NCBI GenBank assembly: GCA_001782235.1
Contig: MFOC01000002.1
Location: forward strand, 42,912-106,911
Origin: Candidatus Levybacteria bacterium RIFCSPHIGHO2_02_FULL_40_18
GTDB lineage: Bacteria > Patescibacteriota > Microgenomatia > Levybacterales > GWA1-39-11
DNA: 64,000 nt
Reading direction: 5' to 3'
Position 1 is the first letter of the stretch, and each line of letters opens with the position of its first letter. Shown here piece by piece: positions 8,867-17,967 of this stretch. Under the pieces are notes generated by a model. That model did not search any database. It worked only from the letters and a program-made list of their open reading frames with translations, and was not told the DNA's origin. The position numbers and the translations under genes were made by a program.

Positions 8867-9916
8867 TCAAAGAAAAGCGATGTAGAGTCCAAGAAGCGCA
8901 AAAACTATACCAAGAAGCCACGCTCTCATAACAACCTTAGGCTCCTCCCACCCTCGTTTAATAAAATAAACGTGGATTGGGGTGGCAGGAAGTATTCGTT
9001 TACCCAAAAAACGGCGGGACAAAATTTGAAGAAGTGTAGATCCCACTTCAAGGACAAATACGCCTCCAATTAATGCGACTGGCAATGGTTTTCCGGTCAA
9101 AAGTCCCACAGCGCCCAATACCGCCCCGAGAGAAAGCGCTCCCACATCTCCAAGCCAAAGTCTCGCGCGATAAATATTGAAGTATAGAAAGGCCAGAACG
9201 CTCCCTATTAAAATTGCAATGAATAAAGAAAGGAATGGATCAATAATGGATCCTGAAACGGCAAGAAATGCAAGTAAACAAATAACAAGAAGGCCAGTCG
9301 CAAGCCCATCCAAACCATCTGAAAGGTTTACGGCATTTGCAAACGAGACAATGACAAAGGCTGCAAAAACTATATATAAAGCCCCAAGAACTATGTTTCC
9401 AAACCAATGTACGTAAACAAATGAGTACCCGAGTTGAAAATACATCACGGCCCCAATTATCAGTCCCAAGATACATTGGATTGCAAATTTATGAGCCAGT
9501 TTCAGTCCAAAAACACCAGTATGAGTATTGAATATTTTACGAAGGTCATCGTAAAAACCTAAGAAACCAAACCCTATAAATGTAAAGAGTAGGACAAATA
9601 ATTCCCAGAACTTAACATCCACTCGAAGCAATCCATATGCCCAGAGAGAAAGAAAAGTTACAACGAGAATAATCAAGAGTCCTCCGCCAAACGGAGTTCC
9701 AACTTTCCAGACCGAAAGTCTATCCAGTAATCTGACGCGCTGATTAAAAACATCACGATGATGGTTGTGACGCTTTTGAAGTTTAATTTTATATAATAAA
9801 TCTATAAAAGGGACAAGGAGTATCCCCGTTATTGTCAAGGATAGTATTGCAAATCCAAAAACCTGTGCCATATTTATTGTTTGCATCCTCGTCCTGAGCG
9901 GATCGAAGGATGCCAT
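8867..9916 (-). CDS. mraY: Phospho-MurNAc-pentapeptide transferase MraY (start may be 9886 or 9871)
   Basis: GTPFGGG, YDD, NAVNLSDGLDGL, GDVG and GWEEPKVVMR motifs. Confidence 0.92.
   Translation of the reverse strand: MASFDPLRTRMQTINMAQVFGFAILSLTITGILLVPFIDLLYKIKLQKRHNHHRDVFNQRVRLLDRLSVWKVGTPFGGGLLIILVVTFLSLWAYGLLRVDVKFWELFVLLFTFIGFGFLGFYDDLRKIFNTHTGVFGLKLAHKFAIQCILGLIIGAVMYFQLGYSFVYVHWFGNIVLGALYIVFAAFVIVSFANAVNLSDGLDGLATGLLVICLLAFLAVSGSIIDPFLSLFIAILIGSVLAFLYFNIYRARLWLGDVGALSLGAVLGAVGLLTGKPLPVALIGGVFVLEVGSTLLQILSRRFLGKRILPATPIHVYFIKRGWEEPKVVMRAWLLGIVFALLGLYIAFL
9883..9913. repeat. REP-like palindrome at the mraY 5' end
   Basis: GCATCCT-cgtcctgagcggatcga-AGGATGC; reads SFDPLRT on the minus strand. 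Confidence 0.6.
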
Positions 9917-9925
9917 AAAAATTAA

Positions 9926-11545
9926 TTATAAGCGTAAAATGGATCTAGACGCAATAAGCGAGAATGAATTATAAGCTTCCCTCCCCTCAAATACAACTAT
10001 GTCGGGCGCTTTGGTATTTTTATCAACAAATTTTGCAATTTTTGCCGGGGGCAAAACTTGGACAAGGCAAAGAGATTTTTCCTCCTGTATCCCTATAACT
10101 AAAGGTTTGTAATGATTATCATTTGTCAGGAAAAGATAATCGCATACTTTTCCAATCTCTTTTCCTAATTCCAAATGATCTTGGTACGCGTTCTTGCCAA
10201 GCTCCGTAAGTGGCTGAAGGATCAAAATTTTCTTTCCCTTATATAATTTCATATATTCAATTGCCCCTCTTATAGAGTTAATGTGAGTATTGTATGTGTC
10301 GTTTATCAAAATTGAGCCTTTGGAGTTCTTCGCAGGATCCATTGTTCTTGGCAAGGGACGAAGGCGCAATAACTCCTTTCTAATCAATGAAAAATCTATA
10401 CCTAAATACAGTCCTAAAAAAAATCCCGGGAGAAGATTTTCTACGTTTTGTAATCCCACGAGCTTAATGTCTGATACTTTATGTTTTTTTCCAAAGACGC
10501 GAACATCAAAAGATACCGAAAAGCGAGAAATCCTAATGTTTGACGCATAAATATCCGATGCTAAACCCGCCTCTTCAAAAGAGTAAATAAATTTTTTATT
10601 TTTAATTCGACTATATAAAGACATTGTATTGGGATTATTTCCGCATAAAATAACAATTCCGTCTCTTGGCAGCGAGCCAACTACTTCATATTTTGATTCT
10701 ATTACATTATCAAGGTTCCCGAAAACAGAAGTTTTTTCATCGTTTATTCCCGTAATAACTGCTATTTTAGGACTTGCTATATTGCACATCTCGGATACAT
10801 CTCCCTTTTTGTAGTCTTCCATCTCAACTATAAATACCTGCTTGCGAGTATCAAGTTTTGAGAGAATTGTTTTTGCTATTCCGAGAGCACTATTAAAGGG
10901 CGTATCATTTTCAAGCACGTTGAATTTAATCGATAATATTCTTGTAATAAATTCTTTAGTTGAGCCTTTAGCGTAACTTCCAACTATGGCAACCGTCAGG
11001 AGATGTTTGTGTTTATTAAATTTATCAATTGCTCGATTTATGATTGTGTCTTGTTTAAAGTCAAAGAAAACTAAAAAAATACTTATAAAGAAAGCTGTAA
11101 TAAACGGCAATAGTTTGTCAATTATAACCATCCAAAGGAATTGATCTAATGGGGGAAGAAGATATAAAACGATCGAAACAGCCAATGTAAGAAGTATTAT
11201 TAGGATAACATTAAAAGAAATTCTCGGCAATAAAAATTCACGATTATAAATTTTATATAATATCTTTAGAAAAAAATAAAAGTAGAGGAAAAATATTAAT
11301 AGATGGTAATAAAAGTCAAGGCCGCTTACGTAAATTGTCGAGCCATATAAAAAAATTACTAATATCTTGACAAGGTTTTCCCATCCTAATATTAAACTTC
11401 TCCCTCTTTTTGTTTCTCTAATGTATATTAAAATGCGCTTTGCTCTGTATTCTTTATCTTCCCAAAGCTTGACCCAGGAAAAAGCATTAAATATTAAGAA
11501 GGAGAAAAAGAATATTGATGTTAGTCTAAAAACAAGATCCGCCAT
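9926..11545 (-). CDS. Mur ligase, MurF-like, with N-terminal TM helices
   Basis: GSYAKGSTKE P-loop variant, FIVEM, NDTYN, ELG; about 5 N-terminal TM segments. Confidence 0.8.
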   Translation of the reverse strand: MADLVFRLTSIFFFSFLIFNAFSWVKLWEDKEYRAKRILIYIRETKRGRSLILGWENLVKILVIFLYGSTIYVSGLDFYYHLLIFFLYFYFFLKILYKIYNREFLLPRISFNVILIILLTLAVSIVLYLLPPLDQFLWMVIIDKLLPFITAFFISIFLVFFDFKQDTIINRAIDKFNKHKHLLTVAIVGSYAKGSTKEFITRILSIKFNVLENDTPFNSALGIAKTILSKLDTRKQVFIVEMEDYKKGDVSEMCNIASPKIAVITGINDEKTSVFGNLDNVIESKYEVVGSLPRDGIVILCGNNPNTMSLYSRIKNKKFIYSFEEAGLASDIYASNIRISRFSVSFDVRVFGKKHKVSDIKLVGLQNVENLLPGFFLGLYLGIDFSLIRKELLRLRPLPRTMDPAKNSKGSILINDTYNTHINSIRGAIEYMKLYKGKKILILQPLTELGKNAYQDHLELGKEIGKVCDYLFLTNDNHYKPLVIGIQEEKSLCLVQVLPPAKIAKFVDKNTKAPDIVVFEGREAYNSFSLIASRSILRL

Positions 11546-11580
11546 TATCTTTCTTAATTAATTATCATTTCAAGCTCGTT

Positions 11581-12903
11581 TCAGGATCTCTTTGGGCGGC
11601 CGTATCTGCCGGCCCGCTTCGCCATAGCTTTATCGAGGCGAGCAGGCAGGGTTTTCTTTTCTTCTACAAACTCGGCAAATTTTGTATAAAATGTAGTATC
11701 TGAATCAACATTTCTCATAACGGTTGTGGATGGTCCAATAATTGCATTATTTCCAATAGTTATTCCGGGCATGGTGGAAACCCGCTCTCCAATTACCACA
11801 TTATCGCCAATTATCGCGCCAAGAGACCCAAAACCTGTATCTATCTTTTCTCCATTAACCACGGAACGGACGTTAGCTCTATCCAGGCGAACATTTGCAG
11901 TTCCAAATAGAGCTCCAATTTTGGAATTTTGCCCAAGTACAGAATCACCTATAAATCCTGAATGTGTTTTTGTTCCTTCCAAAATTAGCGATCCCCTCAC
12001 TTCCATATATGCACCTATGACGGCAGATTCTTCAATATCTGATCCATCTCTAACAAGCGAATTAGACCCTATGAAGACGTTTCTACCTATGTAGCATGGT
12101 CCTTTTATAACTGCGTTTTCAAGTACCTGTGCGCCCTCTTCTATAACTACACTCCCATCAATTTGTGCGTTACCTGCAATCCGCGCTTTCTTTGAAATAC
12201 TTCTTTTTTGTTTTGAAAGTATGTAGTTTTTGATATTAAGAAGATCCCACGGATACTTTAAAGATAATATTTTATGGTTTGTTAATGCAAGAAGAACTCT
12301 CTTTTCTTTTGCGTATTTATCTAGAGCGTTCTCCAAGGAATAATGTGTTGATGGAATTTTTTTAAGAGTTTTAACGAAATCCTGGTTAAGAAAATAAACG
12401 CCAACAATTCGTAAATTTGAAAATCCACGACTACTCTTGGGCTTCTCGGAAATTTCAAGTACCCTATCGCCATTTATTTTAAGCGCTCCGAATTTTCTTT
12501 GCGATGGCTCGGGCGTTGCAAGAAGAACCGGTTCCTTATTTGTGCCTCTATTTAAGTCTATTGCGTGCTTTAACTCATCAAACTCTACATGATTTGAATT
12601 AACTAAAAAAAAATCTCCCGTTAGAAATTTTGATGCAACTATAAGAGCATCGCCCGCTCCAGTTGGCTTTTCTTGAATAACATATCGAATTTTAACGCCA
12701 AACTTTTTGCCATTCCCCAAAACATCTTGAAAGTTACGGTTGTTGCCGGTTACTATAGTGATATCAGTTATACCAGCGCGCTTAACAGCTCGGACAGTGT
12801 GCGAAATCAATGATTCTCCGGCAATTTTTACAAGACATTTGTGTTTCAGGTTCAGTGGGAAGAATCTACTTGATTCTCCTGCTGCCAGTAGTACTGCTTG
12901 CAT
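11581..12903 (-). CDS. Bifunctional sugar-1-phosphate nucleotidyltransferase/acetyltransferase (GlmU-like, archaeal-type)
   Basis: LAAGESSRF, QEKPTGAGDA, YPWDLL and C-terminal hexapeptide repeats. Confidence 0.85.
   Translation of the reverse strand: MQAVLLAAGESSRFFPLNLKHKCLVKIAGESLISHTVRAVKRAGITDITIVTGNNRNFQDVLGNGKKFGVKIRYVIQEKPTGAGDALIVASKFLTGDFFLVNSNHVEFDELKHAIDLNRGTNKEPVLLATPEPSQRKFGALKINGDRVLEISEKPKSSRGFSNLRIVGVYFLNQDFVKTLKKIPSTHYSLENALDKYAKEKRVLLALTNHKILSLKYPWDLLNIKNYILSKQKRSISKKARIAGNAQIDGSVVIEEGAQVLENAVIKGPCYIGRNVFIGSNSLVRDGSDIEESAVIGAYMEVRGSLILEGTKTHSGFIGDSVLGQNSKIGALFGTANVRLDRANVRSVVNGEKIDTGFGSLGAIIGDNVVIGERVSTMPGITIGNNAIIGPSTTVMRNVDSDTTFYTKFAEFVEEKKTLPARLDKAMAKRAGRYGRPKRS
11606..11649. 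repeat. Nested GC-rich palindrome in the 3' end of the GlmU-like gene
   Basis: CTGCC-g-GCCCGCTTCG-12 nt-CGAGGCGAGC-a-GGCAG. Confidence 0.7.
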
Positions 12904-14264
12904 TAGACTATTCCTCTTTCTCCCGCATAGCGAGATCTCTCCTCAAGAGACTCTTCAATAACATCTATGTCTGCCCCAAGTGATCGAAGTCGCTTGTCAA
13001 AAGCTTCATATCCTCGTTCAAGATATTCAATTCCAAAGACTATACTTTCTCCTTTTGCAATTAAAGCTGCTATTACCAGCGATGCGCCGGCTCGTAGGTC
13101 CGAGATATTTAATACTGCATTGTGGAGATGAGTCTTGCCGTGAATCTTTAACCCATGTTTACCATTTTTGCGATAATTAAAATTGTAAAATTCTTTTGGA
13201 TTCACAACTTCAGGTTGATAAATTTCCAAATCCGCTCCCATTTTCGCAAGTTCATTAACGTACCCAAATCTATTTTCGTAAATTGTCTCATGAATAGTAG
13301 AGTCACCTTCCGCTTGAGTCATAAAAATAGCCCAAGGTCCCTGCCAATCGGTCATAAAACCCGGATGAGGTGCGGTCAATATGTGCGTTGGCTTAACATA
13401 GCCGGTCAAATAAAATCTTGCTTTTGAGTCCTTTTTCTCCCATTTTCCCCCTGCTTCTTTAAACTCCGAAACAAAATTCTTAATATCTAAAAGGTCTATG
13501 TTTTTAATATAAATTGCACCACCTGTTAGCGCCGAAAGGATTGCAAAAGTTATAGCTTCATTTCTATCGGGGGGAATCTCAAAAGTTGCCCTATGAAGCT
13601 TTTGAACTCCATCTATTACAATTGTTCGAGGTTCTGTCCTCTTAATTTTTGCTCCCATTGAATTCAAAAGACCAATAAGATCATCGACCTCGGGCTCTTG
13701 TGCAGCATTCTCAAGAACGGTTTTTCCGTGAGCCAAAGTTGCCGCCATTATAAGCGTTTCTGTTCCTGTGTGGGTGTTTTTTTTGAAACGATACATTGTA
13801 CCCTTTAATCCGTTGGTTCTAACATGGAAATATCCGTCTCGACTGTTATATTTTGAAACCGCCCCCATTTTTTCAAGTCCTTCAATATGACGATCTATGG
13901 GACGGGCTCCAATTCTGCAACCGCCGGGATTTGGAATTAATGCCTCCTTTTTTCGGGCTAAAAGCGGGGCTAAAAACATAGAAGATGTTCTAATTTTTGC
14001 CCCCATCTCAAGAGGAATTTTGATGTTTCTTATTTTCTCGACAGAAATTTTTACCGTGTGTCCCGAAAGCTTAACATGCCCGCCAATTTCTTTAACGAGC
14101 TCGAGCATTACTAAAACATCTGAAATTAGAGGAACGTTCTTGATCTCAACGGGTTCGTTTGTCAAACACGCGGCAATTATTGCTTTTAAAACCACATTCT
14201 TGCTTCCTGAAACCGCGACTTCCCCAGCGAGCTTACTCCCACCATTTATAATATATTTTTTCAT
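12903..14264 (-). CDS. murA: UDP-GlcNAc enolpyruvyl transferase MurA
   Basis: SGSKN, PGGCRIGARPID (catalytic Cys), PGFMTD and DLRAGA motifs. Confidence 0.97.
   Translation of the reverse strand: MKKYIINGGSKLAGEVAVSGSKNVVLKAIIAACLTNEPVEIKNVPLISDVLVMLELVKEIGGHVKLSGHTVKISVEKIRNIKIPLEMGAKIRTSSMFLAPLLARKKEALIPNPGGCRIGARPIDRHIEGLEKMGAVSKYNSRDGYFHVRTNGLKGTMYRFKKNTHTGTETLIMAATLAHGKTVLENAAQEPEVDDLIGLLNSMGAKIKRTEPRTIVIDGVQKLHRATFEIPPDRNEAITFAILSALTGGAIYIKNIDLLDIKNFVSEFKEAGGKWEKKDSKARFYLTGYVKPTHILTAPHPGFMTDWQGPWAIFMTQAEGDSTIHETIYENRFGYVNELAKMGADLEIYQPEVVNPKEFYNFNYRKNGKHGLKIHGKTHLHNAVLNISDLRAGASLVIAALIAKGESIVFGIEYLERGYEAFDKRLRSLGADIDVIEESLEERSRYAGERGIV
12919..12951. repeat. Double small hairpin in the murA 3' end
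   Basis: tctcccgc-ata-gcgaga followed by tctct-cctca-agaga; encodes the tail SLEERSRYAGE. Confidence 0.45.
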
Positions 14265-15769
14265 ACTAGTTTTTCCGCCACGTGATAAACGTCTCCTGCT
14301 CCCATTGTAATTACTATTTTATCCGATCCTTTAACGTTTTTCCTGATGTATTCTACCACACTCGTTTGCGTTTCAATCAACTTCACATTAGGTTGGACTG
14401 TCCGAACTTTTTCAACGAACTCTCGGTCCTCCGCGAGCCCATGTTCGCTGAGATCACGAGCCGATGTAAAAGTCGGCAAAATTATTAGTTCTGAAACACC
14501 CGCAAAAGAGGAGGTAAACTCAGAAAGAAGAGCCTTTGTTCTGTTGTAAGTATGTGCTTGAAAAATAACCGTAATTTTTTTGTTTGGAAATGTAGCTTTT
14601 ATTGCTTCGAGAGTTTTTCGAATTTCTTCTGGGTGATGAGCGTAATCATCAAATATTAAAACCCCATCGGGGGTTTCGCCGATTCCCTCAATTCTCCTCT
14701 TAATGCCCCTAAATTCGGGAAGGACTCTTTGAATATCTTGAATCGAAAAACCAAGCTCAATAAGAAGCGCAATAACGGCTAGCGAATTCTTGGCGTTATG
14801 GTATCCTGGAATTGATAATTCGAATATTCCAAGCGAAGTATCTTTTCGAAAGACTTCAAAGTGCGAACCAAAAACGTGCGAACCAAAAACCTCCTGGTTA
14901 AACCCAGCACCATAATGGCGCTGGGTAAAATTCTTTATTACAAATTCATTCCCCTCATCAGCCCCATAAGTAAAAACCCTAATCCGACTGCCATCACCCG
15001 TGATACCCTTTATACCCGTGGTGCTCGTGATACTTTTAATATTTCCGTCATCGCCATTCACAATAAGAGTTGAATCCGAATCTAGATTCGATACGAATTT
15101 CCTATATGCTTCCCGAACCTCCTCAATATCCTTAAAAAAATCCGGATGGTCAAAGTCAATGTTGTTTATGATTAAATACTTAGGATGTTGATGTAAAAAT
15201 TTAGGATTTCGATCGAATTTTAGTTCGGAGAGGTACTCATCAGCCTCTGCTATAAAATATTTACCCCGGCCATAATGCCCCGCGGCGCCAATCTGAAAAA
15301 TTTCGCTCGTCCCAACGGTGAAACTAGGGTCGGACCCCAAGCGTGAAAGACATGCTGCTGTCATTCCTGCAATTGTAGTTTTACCGTGAGATCCTGAAAT
15401 AGAAATACCTTCGATGTCATTTCGGCCGAACAATTCTCCCGACATAAATAATCCGACCGCTTCCCCATGAGATATAACCCTGTAATCGTTCTCCCGAGCA
15501 AAAACTGCTTCCGGATTTTCAAAACCATCGTGAGCCGCTGTGGCAATAAAAAGACACTCGTCAGGTCGAGTTGTCCCAAAAAAGTTCTCCACATTCTCCT
15601 TTTTAAACCCAATTAGACTATCTATCCCTGCCTCCTTCAGTATTTTATCCGTTATAAATTCTTCCTCGACATCACTTCCTTCCACAATAAATCCAGCCTC
15701 TTTGGCAATAATCGCCAAAGTTGCCATCCCCACACCCTTAATCCCCATGAAATATATCTTTTTATACAT
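14261..15769 (-). CDS. murC: UDP-MurNAc-L-Ala ligase MurC
   Basis: GIKGVGM, GSHGKTT, EADEY, DHPD, DDYAHHP and MGAGDV motifs. Confidence 0.96.
   Translation of the reverse strand: MYKKIYFMGIKGVGMATLAIIAKEAGFIVEGSDVEEEFITDKILKEAGIDSLIGFKKENVENFFGTTRPDECLFIATAAHDGFENPEAVFARENDYRVISHGEAVGLFMSGELFGRNDIEGISISGSHGKTTIAGMTAACLSRLGSDPSFTVGTSEIFQIGAAGHYGRGKYFIAEADEYLSELKFDRNPKFLHQHPKYLIINNIDFDHPDFFKDIEEVREAYRKFVSNLDSDSTLIVNGDDGNIKSITSTTGIKGITGDGSRIRVFTYGADEGNEFVIKNFTQRHYGAGFNQEVFGSHVFGSHFEVFRKDTSLGIFELSIPGYHNAKNSLAVIALLIELGFSIQDIQRVLPEFRGIKRRIEGIGETPDGVLIFDDYAHHPEEIRKTLEAIKATFPNKKITVIFQAHTYNRTKALLSEFTSSFAGVSELIILPTFTSARDLSEHGLAEDREFVEKVRTVQPNVKLIETQTSVVEYIRKNVKGSDKIVITMGAGDVYHVAEKLV
14861..14890. repeat. 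Perfect 15-bp tandem duplication in murC
   Basis: GTGCGAACCAAAAAC x2 (VFGSH VFGSH). Confidence 0.9.
14903..14927. repeat. REP-like palindrome in frame in murC
   Basis: ACCCAGCACC-ATAAT-GGCGCTGGGT (TQRHYGAG). Confidence 0.7.
14997..15041. repeat. Degenerate nonamer tandem array in murC
   Basis: cccgtgata ccctttata cccgtggtg ctcgtgata cttttaata (IKSITSTTGIKGITG). Confidence 0.7.
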
Positions 15770-15811
15770 GAGAATAGTATTATATTAAATACATCGAATA
15801 CATGCCACTAG

Positions 15812-15938
15812 CTAGAAATTGGTTATTAGAAATTAGAAAATGGTTCGGAAATTAGAAATTGGAAATTGGAATTTAATTACCATTTTCTATTTTCAATTCT
15901 CCATTACTATTTTCTATTATCTATTAACTATTTTCTAG
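15812..15938. repeat. Tandem-heptamer hairpin (RGAAATT / ATTTTCY arms)
   Basis: Begins CTAGAAATTGGTTATTAGAAATT and ends ACTATTTTCTAG; homologous to 41290-41417. Confidence 0.92.
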
Positions 15939-15939
15939 A

Positions 15940-17655
15940 TTATTGTGATGGCAGATTATAGTACTTGATGAGATCGCGGGCAATGTTAAAAAAGATAGGT
16001 GCGGCGGTTTCGGAGCCGTAAATTGATGTCTTGGGACGGTCCACTAGAACCAGCATTGTGATTTTAGGGTTGTCTGCCGGGAAAAATCCTACAAATGATG
16101 CTATTGTTTGATTTGGGTCATAGTGTCCCGCAACCGGAATCTGGGCAGTCCCGGTTTTCCCAGCAATTTTATAATTTTTGATCTTTGTCCATTTTGCCTC
16201 TCCTTCCTCAACTGCCGAGACCATCATGCCGGCTATTATCTTTGACGTTGATTCCTTAATAACTTTTGTTTTAATTTTTGGTTTTATGTCTATTTTTTTA
16301 CCTTCTTCCGTAATTATTTGTGAAACAGCATATGGGGTCATAAGATTCCCCCCATTTGCTATAGCATTGACTGCATTTGCTAGTTGAATCGGCGTAATGG
16401 AAATTCCCTGTCCAAAAGAGGCCGTTGCCAAATCTATCGGATACCATGAATCTTTATCGCGAATTACCCCTGTTGTTTCTCCCTGAAGATCAATCCCTGT
16501 TATTTTTCCAATCCCAAACCTGTTAAGATACTTAATCATATTCGAGAGTCCTAATTTTCTCCCCACAAAAACCATTCCCGTATTATTAGAGTGAATTATT
16601 ACCTCTCGCATCGTAGAGTTTGGAAAATACTTATCGTTCCAGGTCCTTATTTTATAATCCCCCTCCTGAATCGGTCCCGAACAAATATTGCAGCGGGTCT
16701 CGGGTTTAACCTTGTTCTCATCAATTGCCGCAGCCATAATAAGCACCTTAAATGTTGAGCCCGGCTCATAGACGTTCGACAACACGGGATTTGTGTAAGA
16801 GCCTGGGTCAAATTCGTAGTATTTTTGAGGGTCAAATGAAGGAATTGACGATATGGCAAGAATAGCTCCTGTCTCACTCTCCATAACAACCACGCTTCCA
16901 CCCTCTGCGTTATATCGTAGAACTCCCTCGCGAAGCCTCTTTTCCGCCGTAAATTGAACAGTCCTATCAAGCGTTAACTTTAAACTTCTCCCGTCAATTT
17001 TCTTATCCTCCCGTGTATCTCCTACTATTTGATTGCCCAATGCGTCACGAATTGCATAAAGCTTTCCCGAACGCCCTGAGAGTTGTTGGTCATAACGTCC
17101 TTCAATTCCAAAGTATCCTTTATCCTGTCCTTGCGAATCTTTGCCTAAAAACCCAATTAAATGTGCCGCCATAGATGCCTCGGGATAAAATCGAGTATAT
17201 TCTTGCTGAAAACCTAACCCTGCAAGCGCAAGTTTTTCGATCGCCCGCTTTTTATCTTGATCAAGTCCGGTAGCAAGCTTCACCCAGTATAGGTCAGATG
17301 AAAGCTTTGCCGAGACTGATGCCGGATCGTCCGCCAAAATGGTACTTAGTTTCTCAGTATAATCTTGTCTATCTTTTATAATTTTGGGGTTGGTATAAAG
17401 AAAATATGAAATAGTGTTGGTAGCAAGAGGAAAATCATCTCTTGATTTTATTTCCCCTCGAATGGCCGGAATTGTCAGAACTTGAGAGCTTTGAGCGCGG
17501 CCTAGATCCGATAATCCAGATCCGCGGACTATCTGCCATAAAAATAACCTAGCAATTACGGCGATGTAAAAAAAGCACAGGAAGACAAGGACAAGAGCAA
17601 ATCGTAATTTTTCCCCCACCAGGCCAGAGGCCCTCGGGGCCGGAGACCATCTCAT
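15940..17655 (-). CDS. Class B penicillin-binding protein (FtsI/PBP2 family)
   Basis: EPGSTFK (SxxK), SNN (SxN) and KTGT motifs; N-terminal TM. Confidence 0.95.
   Translation of the reverse strand: MRWSPAPRASGLVGEKLRFALVLVFLCFFYIAVIARLFLWQIVRGSGLSDLGRAQSSQVLTIPAIRGEIKSRDDFPLATNTISYFLYTNPKIIKDRQDYTEKLSTILADDPASVSAKLSSDLYWVKLATGLDQDKKRAIEKLALAGLGFQQEYTRFYPEASMAAHLIGFLGKDSQGQDKGYFGIEGRYDQQLSGRSGKLYAIRDALGNQIVGDTREDKKIDGRSLKLTLDRTVQFTAEKRLREGVLRYNAEGGSVVVMESETGAILAISSIPSFDPQKYYEFDPGSYTNPVLSNVYEPGSTFKVLIMAAAIDENKVKPETRCNICSGPIQEGDYKIRTWNDKYFPNSTMREVIIHSNNTGMVFVGRKLGLSNMIKYLNRFGIGKITGIDLQGETTGVIRDKDSWYPIDLATASFGQGISITPIQLANAVNAIANGGNLMTPYAVSQIITEEGKKIDIKPKIKTKVIKESTSKIIAGMMVSAVEEGEAKWTKIKNYKIAGKTGTAQIPVAGHYDPNQTIASFVGFFPADNPKITMLVLVDRPKTSIYGSETAAPIFFNIARDLIKYYNLPSQ
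17614..17648. repeat. GC-rich element in frame at the PBP N-terminus
   Basis: CCCCACCAGGCCAGAGGCCCT matches ftsA 5181-5201 at 17 of 21 positions; encodes SPAPRASGLVG. Confidence 0.65.
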
Positions 17656-17939
17656 CTTGTACGAGCAACCTCAACCGGATCATAAAGCGAGACAAAGCCT
17701 GAGGTCTCCTTGTATCCCAATTCCCCCGCACGAGACGATATAGTATTGTAAGATGAAAGGGTTAACACCTCTGATTGGAGTTTTATATTGTTCTCCGAGA
17801 GCTCTGCAACTTGCGTCCGAAGTTTTGTAGCTTCAATACTCTCAAGTGATTTAGTATTAGACAGGTATATACTAGCTACTTGAGTTATAAAAGCCACAAC
17901 TGCCAAAAATATTATTGTTAACTTTAAATGTTTACTCAT
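17652..17939 (-). CDS. FtsL-like protein
   Basis: One TM, coiled coil, RAGELG motif; lies between rsmH and the PBP gene. Confidence 0.75.
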   Translation of the reverse strand: MSKHLKLTIIFLAVVAFITQVASIYLSNTKSLESIEATKLRTQVAELSENNIKLQSEVLTLSSYNTISSRAGELGYKETSGFVSLYDPVEVARTR

Positions 17940-17967
17940 AGGTTAATTTGTTGTTTTTGTCAATTTG

